Of a DNA stretch of 64,000 nt, positions 44,150 through 56,822 are shown in pieces; position 1 is the stretch's first letter, and each line of letters begins with the position of its first letter. The stretch spans positions 7,454,735-7,518,734 of the forward strand of contig NW_002060944.1 of assembly GCF_000150275.1 (NCBI RefSeq). The letters are read 5' to 3'. The stretch comes from Trichoplax adhaerens. Taxonomy: Eukaryota; Animalia; Placozoa. The notes under the pieces were generated by a model. It saw only the letters and a list, made by a program, of their open reading frames with translations, was not told where the DNA came from and did not search any database. The translations under genes were made by a program, and so were the position numbers.

Positions 44150-45560
44150 ATCAACAGACTAACAGATGGCATATTAAATTAAATCTCTATTACCAACCAA
44201 TCTACGGAGTCATTTGTCTAGTTTAAACATAATTTGATATCACTTTATCGAAAAGTAATAAATATCGTTTTGTGTACTCGCATAAAATCGCATCCTTCGA
44301 AGGCATTAACTCGTTTACAACAGGCCTGATAGAGATAGAAGATGAAGTAGGATAGTTTCTATTAAAGTAATATAATTTGCTTAGGTTTTATATAAGGAAT
44401 GATGTCATTTTATCTAATGAGTAGTTAGAGTCATTGCATATAAAATGAATAGCATCGATTCATTAGAATAGGCCTGGCAGAGGTGGAGAATGAGATAGCC
44501 TCCACTAAAACTGTGGCTTAGCCTTAGTAGAATATTACAGGCAGAGCACTAGTTCATATTCTGTATAACTGATTTTTATTCAGTCTTGTTCGGGAACTAG
44601 AATAGATCTTGAAGGACTAAATAATAGCAAAATTAAATCAAATGCCCTTTACTAACGAGCCTAAACGTTAATTTAGGTAACTTTCAATATAAAATAATAT
44701 CACTATATCTAAAAAGCAATTAGTATTATTCCATATACTGGTGTAAAATTTGGATATCACTGATTCATTTAGCATAGGCCTGACAGAGATGGAAGACGAA
44801 ATAAATTCCATTAAAACTATTGCCTAGCTTTGGAGAGATACTACAGAAAGCGCACTAGTTCTTATTTTGTATAGAGTAACTATATCACTCAATCTTTTTC
44901 AGGAACTAGAATAGATCTAAAAAGATACTAAACTAAATCAAAGCTCGTTTACTAACGAGCTTTAAGTACAAAACGACACCATTTTCCCTGAAGAGCAGAT
45001 AATATCGTAGTACAAGCATATACCCGTATGAAAATCACGCCGTTTTGATAGCATTAATTCACTCAGAATAGGTCTGGTAGAAATGGAAGATTAGGTAGTT
45101 TCCATCAAAACTATTAGATGGCCTTAATGAAATACCACCGATAGCATAGTACTCTATAATCGATATCACCCAATCTTATCTAGTAACTAGAATACATCTT
45201 GAAGGACTAAAAGATGGTAAATTAAATCAAAGCTCGTTTACTAACGAGCCTAAAGAGTAGTTTATATAGTTTGAATATAAAATAATATCGCCTTAGCTGC
45301 AGAGTAATTAATATAGATGATATAGATAAAGCATACTTTTTAATGATATCGATTTATTTAGGACAAGCCCAGTAGAGATAGAGTAAATTCAATTTAACTA
45401 TTATCGAGCCTTGTCTAAATACTGCAGATAGTACCGTAGCTTATATTCTGTGTGACTGATATCAATCAATCTTATCCTATAATTCTATATCGTAGATCTT
45501 AAAAAGACTAACAGATGCTAATTAAATGAAAGCTCGTTACTAGCAAGCCAGAATAGAAAT
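44150..45560. repeat. Degenerate tandem repeat, ~4-5 x ~295 bp
   Basis: taaatcaaa...tttactaacgagc at ~44633, 44934 and 45223, with a weaker copy at 45523; aggcctg/aggtctg..aga..tgga at ~44470, 44776 and 45070. Confidence 0.85.
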
Positions 45561-48500
45561 AATCTGAATAGAGATTTGTATAGTTTTAATTAAATAGGTA
45601 GATGATATCACTTTCTGGTATCGAGCGATTAAAAGAAATTTCAGTTAATATTTCATTTACATTGATGTTACATAATCCTATTAAGCGATTAGAAACATTA
45701 TATGTATAACCAGGAAATCTAGCGTATTGAAATCCTTGGATGAACACAATCAAATATAAACTAGAATTGCAATATAATAAATAGTCTATAAATATCCTAA
45801 AAGAACTAATGCTACTCAAAGATGGCTAATGTTCACGTTCAATTAATGGTCAGATTCTAGTATACTTAAATGAGCTTACTCAATTATGGTTAGCGATTAC
45901 AATATAAAGATAGGAAACAATTTAATCTAGACTCTTTAATATAAAAATTAACATCTACATAGTAATTAGTAAGATAATGTATATGTAATTGATATCTGAA
46001 ACAGGTCCTATGGAGCTCGAAAATAGTTGACTATTATGAATTGTCATGTCTAAACGGCAATTAGTATCATCATATTTGCAAATGATGCCATTTTGGTGAT
46101 ATTTAGTTATTAGGACCCATCATACAAAATTAGAGAAATATTCCAACTTTTTCAACTTGGAGGATATTTGGATAGTAATAGATTATTTGAGTACATTATT
46201 CCATTCAATCTTCTGATATGGTACCTGGTGCATAAGCCATTTAAGTTTATAAGTCTTTTTGCACTCTCTATTGCTCAGTCAATGTTACTAAAAGTCCAAT
46301 TCTTTATTATGCTTCTACTGTATGTTTCAACTGCCTATGAACTCCATTTTGCAAATATGATGACATACTTCATAAATGTCCGTAATTCCTAGGTCATCTA
46401 GGATACTAAAAGTTATAGTGTCCAACATCCAGTGCAAATGGACATTTCTACCTGATTAACTATTTTAATAAATCAAGGTTTTAATGTTTCATTTTTTCAT
46501 ATCGTTTAAAGTATTTTTACTTTCTGCAGTTTTTCTATTACTTTATGACTTGCAATTTCTACCAACCTATATAAAATAGTTATGCTGTATATATATATAC
46601 CTGTAACAAAAATTCGCTTATGTTCATATTCATCATATTTCTTTGTCATCGCTAGGAGATACAGGTAGCTATTTATTACGCATTTAAAAACCCTTGATAC
46701 TAATACAAAGTTTAGTACTTCAGCTGATCATAGATAAATTATCACATTCAGATAGATGTTTTAAGTTTTACCTGCAGATATGCCCCATGATTGCAATTTA
46801 TAGATCTATTTATTTTCTACTTAACAATCCGTTATGACACTCTACAGTTTTAGACATTTCTATATTTACTTATTATTTCTCTTTATCATTGCCGTAAATG
46901 CATGGTATCATCTTTCCTAGAAATATCGATACATTATAGAATAAAACTATAACATTAAAGTAAAAATTATACCGGCAATTTTTATGACATCATCTATTTA
47001 TAAAGTTATAGTTATTAATATCACAGTATTTTCTAATTTGTTCATTACACAAGGTCATGAATATTGGCACTATCTTTAGTAATCATTACTGTCTTGCCCA
47101 GAAAAGATCGAAAGGAATCTCATTACTACTCTAATGATTGATTTTGTCCTACTTTACCATTCATAACAATTGATTTCATCTTTTATGCTATCCAAATAGC
47201 CATTTTGGGCTTGGCATAGGAAATCAATTGGACAATAGATTAACGTGAAAATATCGCCATAGCTACTCACTATACGTTGACTATGACGTCAGGATTTTAT
47301 TAATTATGATTATTTATATAAGGAAGGTAAATAATTTTTCAGAACAATCACTATTACCTTATCAAAGTGTTGTTATTGAGGGCCCCTAGGTGGTCACTTT
47401 GTAGTATTAATGGGTAGTATATTGACTGTGGATATTTTTAAACCCAAACTATGAAGAATTACGTCTTTTAAAAAGAAGATAGCTGATTATAGAAAATAGT
47501 CTATCTATTTCCATGACAAAAGCTGCTACCATTTTATACGGTATCTTACTTGTATAGAGAGACAGCAGAAACACCAGTGATTGTGCATGACGTAAAATCC
47601 ATATTCTTTTGCATGTAATCTTGTCTAGTCCTAGACTTATCCTCTAATTCTGTATAGACGACCGCGTCGTTCATCGCAGTATTTTGTCACATAATTAGAC
47701 TGTAATAGAGTCTATTGATAATTATTAATAGGATAAGTTGCGATCGAGAATTTTTTAATTCTTGACTAGGAAACAAAGCTGTACTGTAGCCTTCGCGTAT
47801 TTATCAAACTAATCAATCAATTAATTATTCTACACAGTTCTATCAGAAAATCAAATTGTAAGCAGAAGAAAATTATACATTTCAATCGGTCTTACTTTTT
47901 ATATTGAAATTGATTTCCAGTTAATATTATCATCAATTCGGATTTTGAAAAATAAAGTAAAGAAAGAAGCATTGGTCCATTTCTGACAACAGGTAAGGAA
48001 ATGACTACTTGTTCAGTAGTTTTAGGCATCGAAAAAGATGGATCTCTTCTACCCAATTCGATTTTGTTTTACTATTTTATAAAGTAATCTTGATCTTTAA
48101 CATTAACGTTGACAGTTTAGTCTGGAAATTAGGATATTGCTTCTTCATCATAATAGACTCATTCGATGATCTAAAATTTATCCTTAACTTTTGAAAATCA
48201 GTTTATATCCTCCATTACAAGTAATTATTGAGAACTGAGTTGCGATAAGTTGTTGTTTTAGGGGGTTTAAATGTCTTCTGTTTGGCATAAAGCAGTAGCG
48301 TTGTTTTGATTCTCTCCTGTGGAATAGTATAGGAAATTCATGACAACATGGAATAGACCGGCAGTAGAAGTAGTAGTAATTGTCTTCCTAAATCGACATC
48401 TAGAAAGATTGTGTCAAAATAAATAAAGTAATCATTTAACATTCAAGGAACATTGATTTAGCGATCAGCCATAGGAAGGCTATACTTAAATAATTAATAT

Positions 48501-48678
48501 CAGTGTCGGTCAATCGATATTTCCTAATAACATTTTTCAACATTAGCTTTTGCTGTAAACTTAACAAGTATTTTAACATAAAATTGGGCGACTATTGGAC
48601 TATTTTTATCTCTAACGAAGAGAAGAAAGAGTCGATTAACGGTAAAATAATCTTTATTTCAGATTTCTATCATTTATC

Positions 48679-51600
48679 ATGACTTCACGAGTTTATCCAC
48701 GCCAAACGTCGATCGAAATGAAGCCACGAAATGGCCCACCTGAATACAATCGAGGTAAGATTTGCTTTATTTGACTAATCATTATAAATTGATTATTGAA
48801 AAATTAATTTTTTCCTTACTTCGATGACAAATAGAGATATAGTTAACATAACAAGAGGATAGCATTAAGTTAATAGCCAACTCTTACTGAAATACATAGG
48901 ATTATCACACTCTTTAGAATTGAAATATTAGTGTTTCTATTTCCTATGTCTACAAACACCCACCAAAGTTAAAAGCATCCACGATCTTGTCTTAACTACA
49001 ATCTATTACAGTTGTAGAATGTAACTGTAGACAACATGGTGTTAAAAAACTATCAGAACTAAGAAATAGCTTGTTAAGTTCAATGATTATGCAATGGAGA
49101 CCCTATTGATTAGCAATATTCATATGCTGTCGGTACTCATTTTTCATCAAGTTGCAACGAGAATAACATTATCCGACTATAAGTCGCTTTATAAAGAGGC
49201 TTTTATCCGTCAAGATCCCTTTGTCAAGTGATCATAAATTGATATATTAACTATACTTAGATAATGCTTACCTAAAGATAGCCTTCTCCATAACTATTAC
49301 TTCGCCCAGTGTTAATAAATTAATATTCAAACTTCCTAGATACTGCTTTCCTAAAGAGCTGCTGTCTTCATCAATCTTACTTCGTTAAGTGTTAGTAAAT
49401 TGAAATTTGAACAACGTACACTTAATAACGTATACTTATTAGACATTACTTTCTTGTTAAAAATCGTTTTCTCCTACAATATCACTTTTTTAGGTGTTAA
49501 TAAGTTGCAAACTTAACTATACTTAGACACTACTTTCCTAAAGAGCTGCTGTCTTCGTCAAGTGTCAGTAAATTGATATATGAGAACGTATACTTACTAG
49601 ACACAACTTTCTTAAGAAACCACTTTTCTCGTTAATGCGCTTACTCAGTGTTAATAAATTAATAACTAAACTATGCTTAGACATTACTTTCCTAGAGAGC
49701 TGCTGTCTTCTTCAATATTATTACAGTACCAGCAAATTGATATTTTAACAACATATACTTAATGCATTATGCTTATTACACATTACTTTCTTATTAAAAT
49801 TGGGATACGTATCTAAGCAGCCTTCGCTACCACTTTGGATACATTTAAATAGTATTATTTTTGCTTAAAACCTCAGTGCGTTGTAGATATTCAATCAATG
49901 TAGATAAAATTTTACGATCCTTGGTACAATATTCAAGTTCAACTCTATTGCAATAATCTCTAAACTCTTCAAGTTTATATTGTGATATTGAACTCATTTT
50001 TGATAAAATACTCAGGGCTCTTTTGATATGAGTATCCCTCAGTTTTCATCTTGATATTTTAATAGTGAACTTTACAGATATTTCATCCAATTCGTTCTTG
50101 ACAGAACACTTAATCGTATTTGAATATGAGTTTTCTTCGTTTTATATTCCATTTTGCGACTTAATATTTAAATGGTTAACTTAAGAGACATCTTATCTAA
50201 CTCCTATTTGACGGAGTACTTTGAGAATAATTCGAACATGAATATCTCTCTGTTTTTATCTCTATATTTTGATCATAAATTTAACGGATATTTGCATCGA
50301 AATCATCCCTAAGAGAATAGCACAATCTACTTTAATATTTCGACGGCTAGTTGAACGGATATCAACTACAATTCGTAGCCTTCAATAGACTCTTCCAGCT
50401 TTACTGCATATCACTACTACCATCCAAGAATTAACCAAGTTTAAGAGTGAACTCTGCTGAGCAGAATATCCAAGTTCTTATTTTCTATATTCCATTTCAT
50501 TCATATCAATCCTGAATTCTTTCTATTAGAAATATCGCGATCAGAATTGCCTGGCTCACCCATGCATGATGAAACTAAACCGAATAAGCCTATCTTAAGG
50601 CATACTGATACTCGCACTGGTCTGCAGAGACGTAAAAGTTCTCTCTTAACTCAAATGTTACCAAGTCGACAAGCTGTCCAATCAGTTCCTGGTGCTAACT
50701 TAACACGTAAAACAATCGAAACGGAAAGGCGCCGTTCACTAGCGGCTCGATCATTAAGTCGTTTCCGATTGCAATCTGTGCCTGACGAAGCAGAAGAAGA
50801 AGAAGAAGATCAAAGCAATTATCACGAAAATCGCGTGAAATCAGGATTAGTTCGGCAATATGCATCCAGCATAAAGAAAAAACGTGAAGAGTATCAGTAA
50901 GTAATCACATCTAATAACATTAGCAACGCTATGGCATAGCTACTTTGAATAAAGGGATACATTTCCCTTTCCAATACAAGGTTGTAAACTAATTACAAAG
51001 AATGAACAGATAATTTTTTTTATTTACCTGGGTTAAAATAGGAGACTTCAAAGTGAAATGGCGTCAAAAAGGCCTCATCATATTCATAAAAAATATGGCG
51101 CAGTCAAAGATTTGGTAGGTTAAATAGCTTATTGCTAACTTAGAGTTTTCTAAGAATTCGATAGAATGATTCTGACTAAGTACAATTTTTAGCTCAATTT
51201 TAAACGATTCGTCCATTCGATAATGTCTTACTGAGTTCGCTACAGCGACTAGTTAAGTCTTAAAGAATTGGTATCTATTTTAGTGTAGTTTAAAGTGATG
51301 GATTAATCGATGTTTACCTTAAATTAAAACGAATCGGAATCCTTGCTAATCGATCTATTCACTTCTAGCTGGATCCAACCATGTCCAATACCCTCTACCG
51401 ATTATTTTCATAATTATTAATTATATTTTCAATAATCAGCTACAAATAATAGTAAAGACCCTATACAGCTATCAACTATTATTCGCCCATAATGGAGATA
51501 TTAACCTCCAATATGATTTAATCAATCCGATTTGCAAACTATTTCCTATCCCGTTACGATATCCTTTCACTAATTAATTATATAATATAGTATGCTCTTA

Positions 51601-54600
51601 TGAAATTGATATTTATTATACTATAATTTAGCTTTATGAATTCACTTTGACCCTCATTTTATTAACCTTTGGAAGGAATAATCTAAATGATGATCGCGAA
51701 ACTAGCCCCAAATTAGTGACTAATTTACTAAATGACATTAACATCCATTTGTAAGCCAATTTCTTTCTATCCATTTATAATTTACCATTATGAATTAATT
51801 GCGGTAGCCAAATCTGTCAGATTAATAAAGCTTACAGGAAATAAATTGAAATTATAATTGCTAAAATAGCCTCAAATTAGCGGTTAATTTACTAAACGTT
51901 ATCTAAATCTATCTGTAGGCTAATTTTTTCTAACTGCTTATGATATAAAGTTGTGAACTAATTATAGTAGTCAAATCTGATCAAACAGTAAACCCTTTAT
52001 TACTGTAATTTGAATTTGGATTTATTTATAATCTACTTTTCTTAACCTCCATAAATTAATATAAATCAAATGGATAAACGCTGCAATTTAATTTGATCGT
52101 TTCCTTCCATGAATGACATAAATATCGTCAATTAGGCACAAACCTTGCTATAAATTTTATAATAATTCGACTGTAAATTAGAAAAAATCGATGCCATATT
52201 ACTTTGTCAATCATTATCTAGAATACATAAAAGCTTTACTGTCTATGAGCTACAATATTCGCATACAAATTAGTTCCTATTTTATTTCACATTTTCACCT
52301 ATGAGAATATGAATACGCATTAAACGATGAAACAGAAAAAAAAAGTTAGATTTTAAATTCTCACGTACATCTTTTTCCCAATGTATAGAAGTGGAAATTA
52401 TTCAAGCAAAGATTGAAGGAAAACTTTACTTTTACACTGTGGAAATCGCATTTGAAAGAAATTGAAGGTATTGATAGATTATTTTAGTAATTAATCATGG
52501 TGACTATTACACTAAATAACTACATGAAATTTATCACTATAAATTGTAGTTTTATTCATTTATACCGGTATCCTATAGCTAGAATATTTAGCTAGAAAAT
52601 CACGTAGAATAAGTGTGCAAATAATTTTTCATAATGTTATCAATTTTTATTCGTAAGTGAATTCAGTTGAAGGTAGAATCAGCTTTAACTTGAAGCCTGC
52701 TATTTAAATCTAATATGCAAATTATCAAGTAAACTAATATTAAGTGTTATAAGTGTAGCTAAAGGCTCTTACCTCCTTTCATCTCTTTCCTAGGTCAATT
52801 TGGCAATGGCGTATTATCCTACTTCATCTTCCTCAAATGGTTATTCTTCCTTGATCTTTTACTCGGATTGCTTTGGTTTGGTTTTATTTGCATACCCGAA
52901 TTTCTATTAAATGATAACGTGATTGTTAGCGCCGATTATGTCACCTTTAATGTATCTCAAAGCATTGCAGCGACAGCATCAGGTGCTGGCATCTATTGCA
53001 GTTCGGACTATATCACAAATACCACTGCTAATACCAACCTATTTATTGTTATTATTAGCGGTAAAGTAAGTGCCTCCTTTCAATTATTTAGAATTATATC
53101 GATACAATTTATCTTCTAGTTAATCTTGTTACTAATGATGCTAAATTTATACTCATTTAATATTATTAGGGACAAATGGAATGTAGCCAACTCTTTTATG
53201 GCAATTATACTGCTGATGTTGTTCATACATCTGGGGTAGCATCGTATTTCAACGTTCCATTCGCCTACTTTATTATTACTTTAATCCATTTCGTCTTGAG
53301 TTTGATCCTTGTTGCACGCAAGTAAGTTATTGGACAAATATTGATATGGTAGAATTTACTTATGATTCATTATTTAAATTTAAATTTAGATTATGTCCTT
53401 ATTTAATTAAACTCTACCATTTTGAATGTGATTCTGTACCATCAATATGAAGATTATTATTATTATTGCACTTGAAATATCGTATTTGTAAACTCAAATA
53501 ATTTGTAATCCAGCTCTCTATTTAGATATACAGAGTTATACTTTCTTGTTCTTGAAAATACCATAGTTGTTAACTATAAATCATTGCTAATCCAGCGCTC
53601 TTTTTTAAATATGAAGGATAATACTTGCAGTTAGAATAATATAGCTATAGACTGCAAATCAATTCTAATCTAGCTCTCTTTTAAATAAAGAGAGCAATCA
53701 ATTTTTGCACTTGGAATATCATCACTGTAAACTATCGTTATTACTAACCCAGTTCTCGCACTTTAGATTTAGACAGTAATACTTTCTTAAAATTTTAAAA
53801 CGGAGCACATTTATAAACTATAAATCATTCCTGATTCATGCTCTTTCTTTAACTCCTATTAGCGCTTCAGAAACTTACAGAAAGAGTTACATAGAAGGTG
53901 GTGATACTATCCATCAGTACTGTAATAAAATTTTTGGCGGATGGGATTATTGCGTTTGTGAAGAAAAGGCGGCAGAATTAAAGAAGAAAAGTATTGCACA
54001 CGATATTAAGGTATGTACAATGGATAAAGTACTATGCAGCAACCAATACTGCAAAATTTCCATCTCTAGCGAGATCATAAGTAACAATCATTGCTTTATC
54101 CTCAGGTTGATTTAGCTGAAGAAATTCGAGCCATTAAAGCTAAGCAGCGAAGTAATGGAGAGAAACTTGTCATTTATTCCAAGCGTCTGGTATTAAATAT
54201 CGTCATTCTTGGCTTGTTGTGTGCAGCAGGTGTTGCAATTTACTATGCAGCTAATGAGACGATCCAGGTTTGTCAAATAGAATATATGACTTGATGGGTT
54301 AGCGTAGTAAAGTAGGAGGTAGTTACTAAAGGATTATTGTTATAGAGAGAGAGAGAGAGAGTACAGTACCGATAAAACCTGACAGCAATCAATTTGGATA
54401 GAAGATTTTGACTGTTGAACTAATTTGCTAAATTCTATTTCTTGGTTACAGAGTCAAACGACCAACGCCAGTTCCGGTTTCTTACAATTATTAAGGAATT
54501 ATGCAGCATCGCTAACACTTTCTGCATTAAATATTATCCTGCCTTGGTTCTTTACCTTACTTATTCAATATGAAAATTATAGCCCAAACTTTGAAATTCA

Positions 54601-56822
54601 GCTTACTCTAGTCAGGTATTAGATAATGACCATAATATCCTAAATTCTCTAATAAACGTCAAGCTCTAACGTATGGACAAGATTGCTTATATCATGTCTC
54701 CTTCCAAAGCAAGTCATGTTTATCCTATCCTTAATGCTATTTCCTCCATATTTTTAATAGAACTGTCTTTCTCAAGTTGGCTTCGGTAGTCGTTTTGTTA
54801 GCATCATTGTTCGCAGTTACTCGTACAGCAGCCTCATCAGGTGGATCAGACACTTTACTGGTTAGTATCTGCAAGTAATTAATAGTATGATTAAGAAATC
54901 TTATCAGGAGTGAATATAGACAGTAATAGCGTCCAATTTTTAACAACCATTAACTAAGAATAAAACGACAACGTTTTTCCAGTGTTTTAGCAGAAAGAAA
55001 TATCTCTTTCCATATGCAAAGTCATGATTTCAGTAAATGTGCTTTTAATTAGATTGTGTAAATCATGTCCAGTTAATGGTTATAAATTGTTTTTGCTAGT
55101 GCTGGGAAACTTATGTTGGCCAGGAATTATTCAAGCTCGTCATTATGAACTTTTTAGTGGTTGTCTTTGCAACTATCCTAGTCGAATTTCCTCAAAAGTA
55201 AGTTGATTTTTTATTCTTGACTGGCGATTAAATAATGTGCATTGCTAGTAAGCTAGTTTTTTAATATTCTCATTTTCACTATTTTGCTAAATGTAATTAA
55301 TCAAAATATATTTCATTATATAGGCTTGTAGCAGATAAGGTTAATTTCGAAAACTGCTGCCTTCAAATAAAAAGACCTGAATTTCAAATCCCTAAAAATG
55401 TACTAGATTTAGTATATGCACAAGTACTCTGCTGGTAAGATACGAATAATATTTCGGCTGAAAAAATGAACGATTAATCTTACAGTTACCCTGTTCTGTC
55501 CTCTATTCTACAACATAGGCTTGGTGCTTTCTACTGTCCCATGGTTCCCTTAATGGTTGTTGCTTCATTAATTATTATATTTTATGTTAAAAAGGTAAAC
55601 AAAAATGGAATATGGAATATGAAATTAAAATATTCCTTCAGATTTCCGACGAGAGCGGAGCTTCTTGGATATCAGTTGCATATATTTTGCAGTGCTGATT
55701 TTGTTTTCTTTCCTTAATCCTATTGCAGATTAGTCTTGTGTATAATAATCAGCCATCGCAGCGCCCATATCGTGCATCAAAATCCAATTCATTCTTCATG
55801 TTACTTTTAATCATCTCCTTCTTCTTGGCGGCCTTTCCAGTTGGCTATGGTTGGACTAGGTTAGTAGCTAAGATAATACTGAATTGTACTTGATCATGCT
55901 TTAATTAATATAAAATTTTCCTTTGATTTTGTACTGTAGCAGAGAGCTTATAATATTCTCTCTAATAAGACAAATAGATCCATGTTATAAAATAGCTAAG
56001 CTGTCTTTAATTATCTTGCCTCTAGTTTAACTCCTTCCAAGCAATGTGGACCATATAGGTAAGATTTTCTTTTGAATCATACTATAGCCGTATTGTAAAT
56101 TGCATTTTCAAGTAATGAAATATAAAAATGATATATATTCCTTTGTTCCTTGAAATCTTGTGTATAGGAGCCAAACAACTGTGATTACCGCTATTACTAC
56201 CATTATGAGCAACAATTTACCTTCAGGACTTTGGAACTTTATTAACTTCATCTTCTCAGCTGGATTTGTCATCCCATTAATTCTAGTGATGTTGTAAGTA
56301 ATAAACTAAATTGTATTATCTTTCCATATGTAAGCAAATCCACTAAAGTTACCGTATCATCGAATCAATAGCTTAAAATTATTTCCAACTCTATAGCAAA
56401 ACCAACCTTAAGATTCAGTTCGAAAATCGCCTTTCTAATATATATGTAACATTTTATTTTTTTCTTATAGCTTGGGCATATACTATTTCCGGTCGTTAGC
56501 TAGAGCTCGTAGTCTTAAAATTCAATTATTGAAAGAGCAGCTAGTCATGGTAAGGATAATATAGATATTAGAATTAATTGTGGAATTTTTAAGCCTAGGC
56601 GGAAAATAACTATGATCATGCATAACCTTTAGTTTTGAAAATATATAAAATGAATAAATTGTATGGTATCATAACTAATCAATGATGAAATATAAATAAT
56701 AGGAAGGAAAAGATAAATCTTTCTTGCTAGAACAAATCAGTAAAGCAGAAGGTTTAGATGAAATTGAAGAAGAAGGTGAAGATAATTATAAAAATGTTAA
56801 AATGGAGGAAGATCGAGTTTAG
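48679..56822 (+). CDS. Transmembrane channel-like protein TMC-B (TMC4/7/8-like subfamily), 18 coding exons, complete
   Basis: Exons 48679-48754, 50530-50896, 51042-51114, 52389-52467, 52794-53065 and onward to 56703-56822. Motifs: [111 protein letters not shown]. Confidence 0.95.
49250..49800. repeat. Degenerate intronic tandem repeat
   Basis: ctttccta(a/g)agagctgctgtcttc at ~49345, 49533 and 49687, with ttagacattactttc blocks. Confidence 0.8.
53470..53850. repeat. Degenerate intronic tandem repeat, ~5 x 80 bp
   Basis: taatc(c/t)agc.ctct and a(a/g)(a/c)tataaatcatt blocks recur about every 80 bp. Confidence 0.65.

Noticed and set aside
56805-56822. C-terminal PDZ-binding motifs in TMC-B (EEDRV) and TMC-A (DDGYV)
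   Set aside because: A terminal Val alone is too weak without conservation data.
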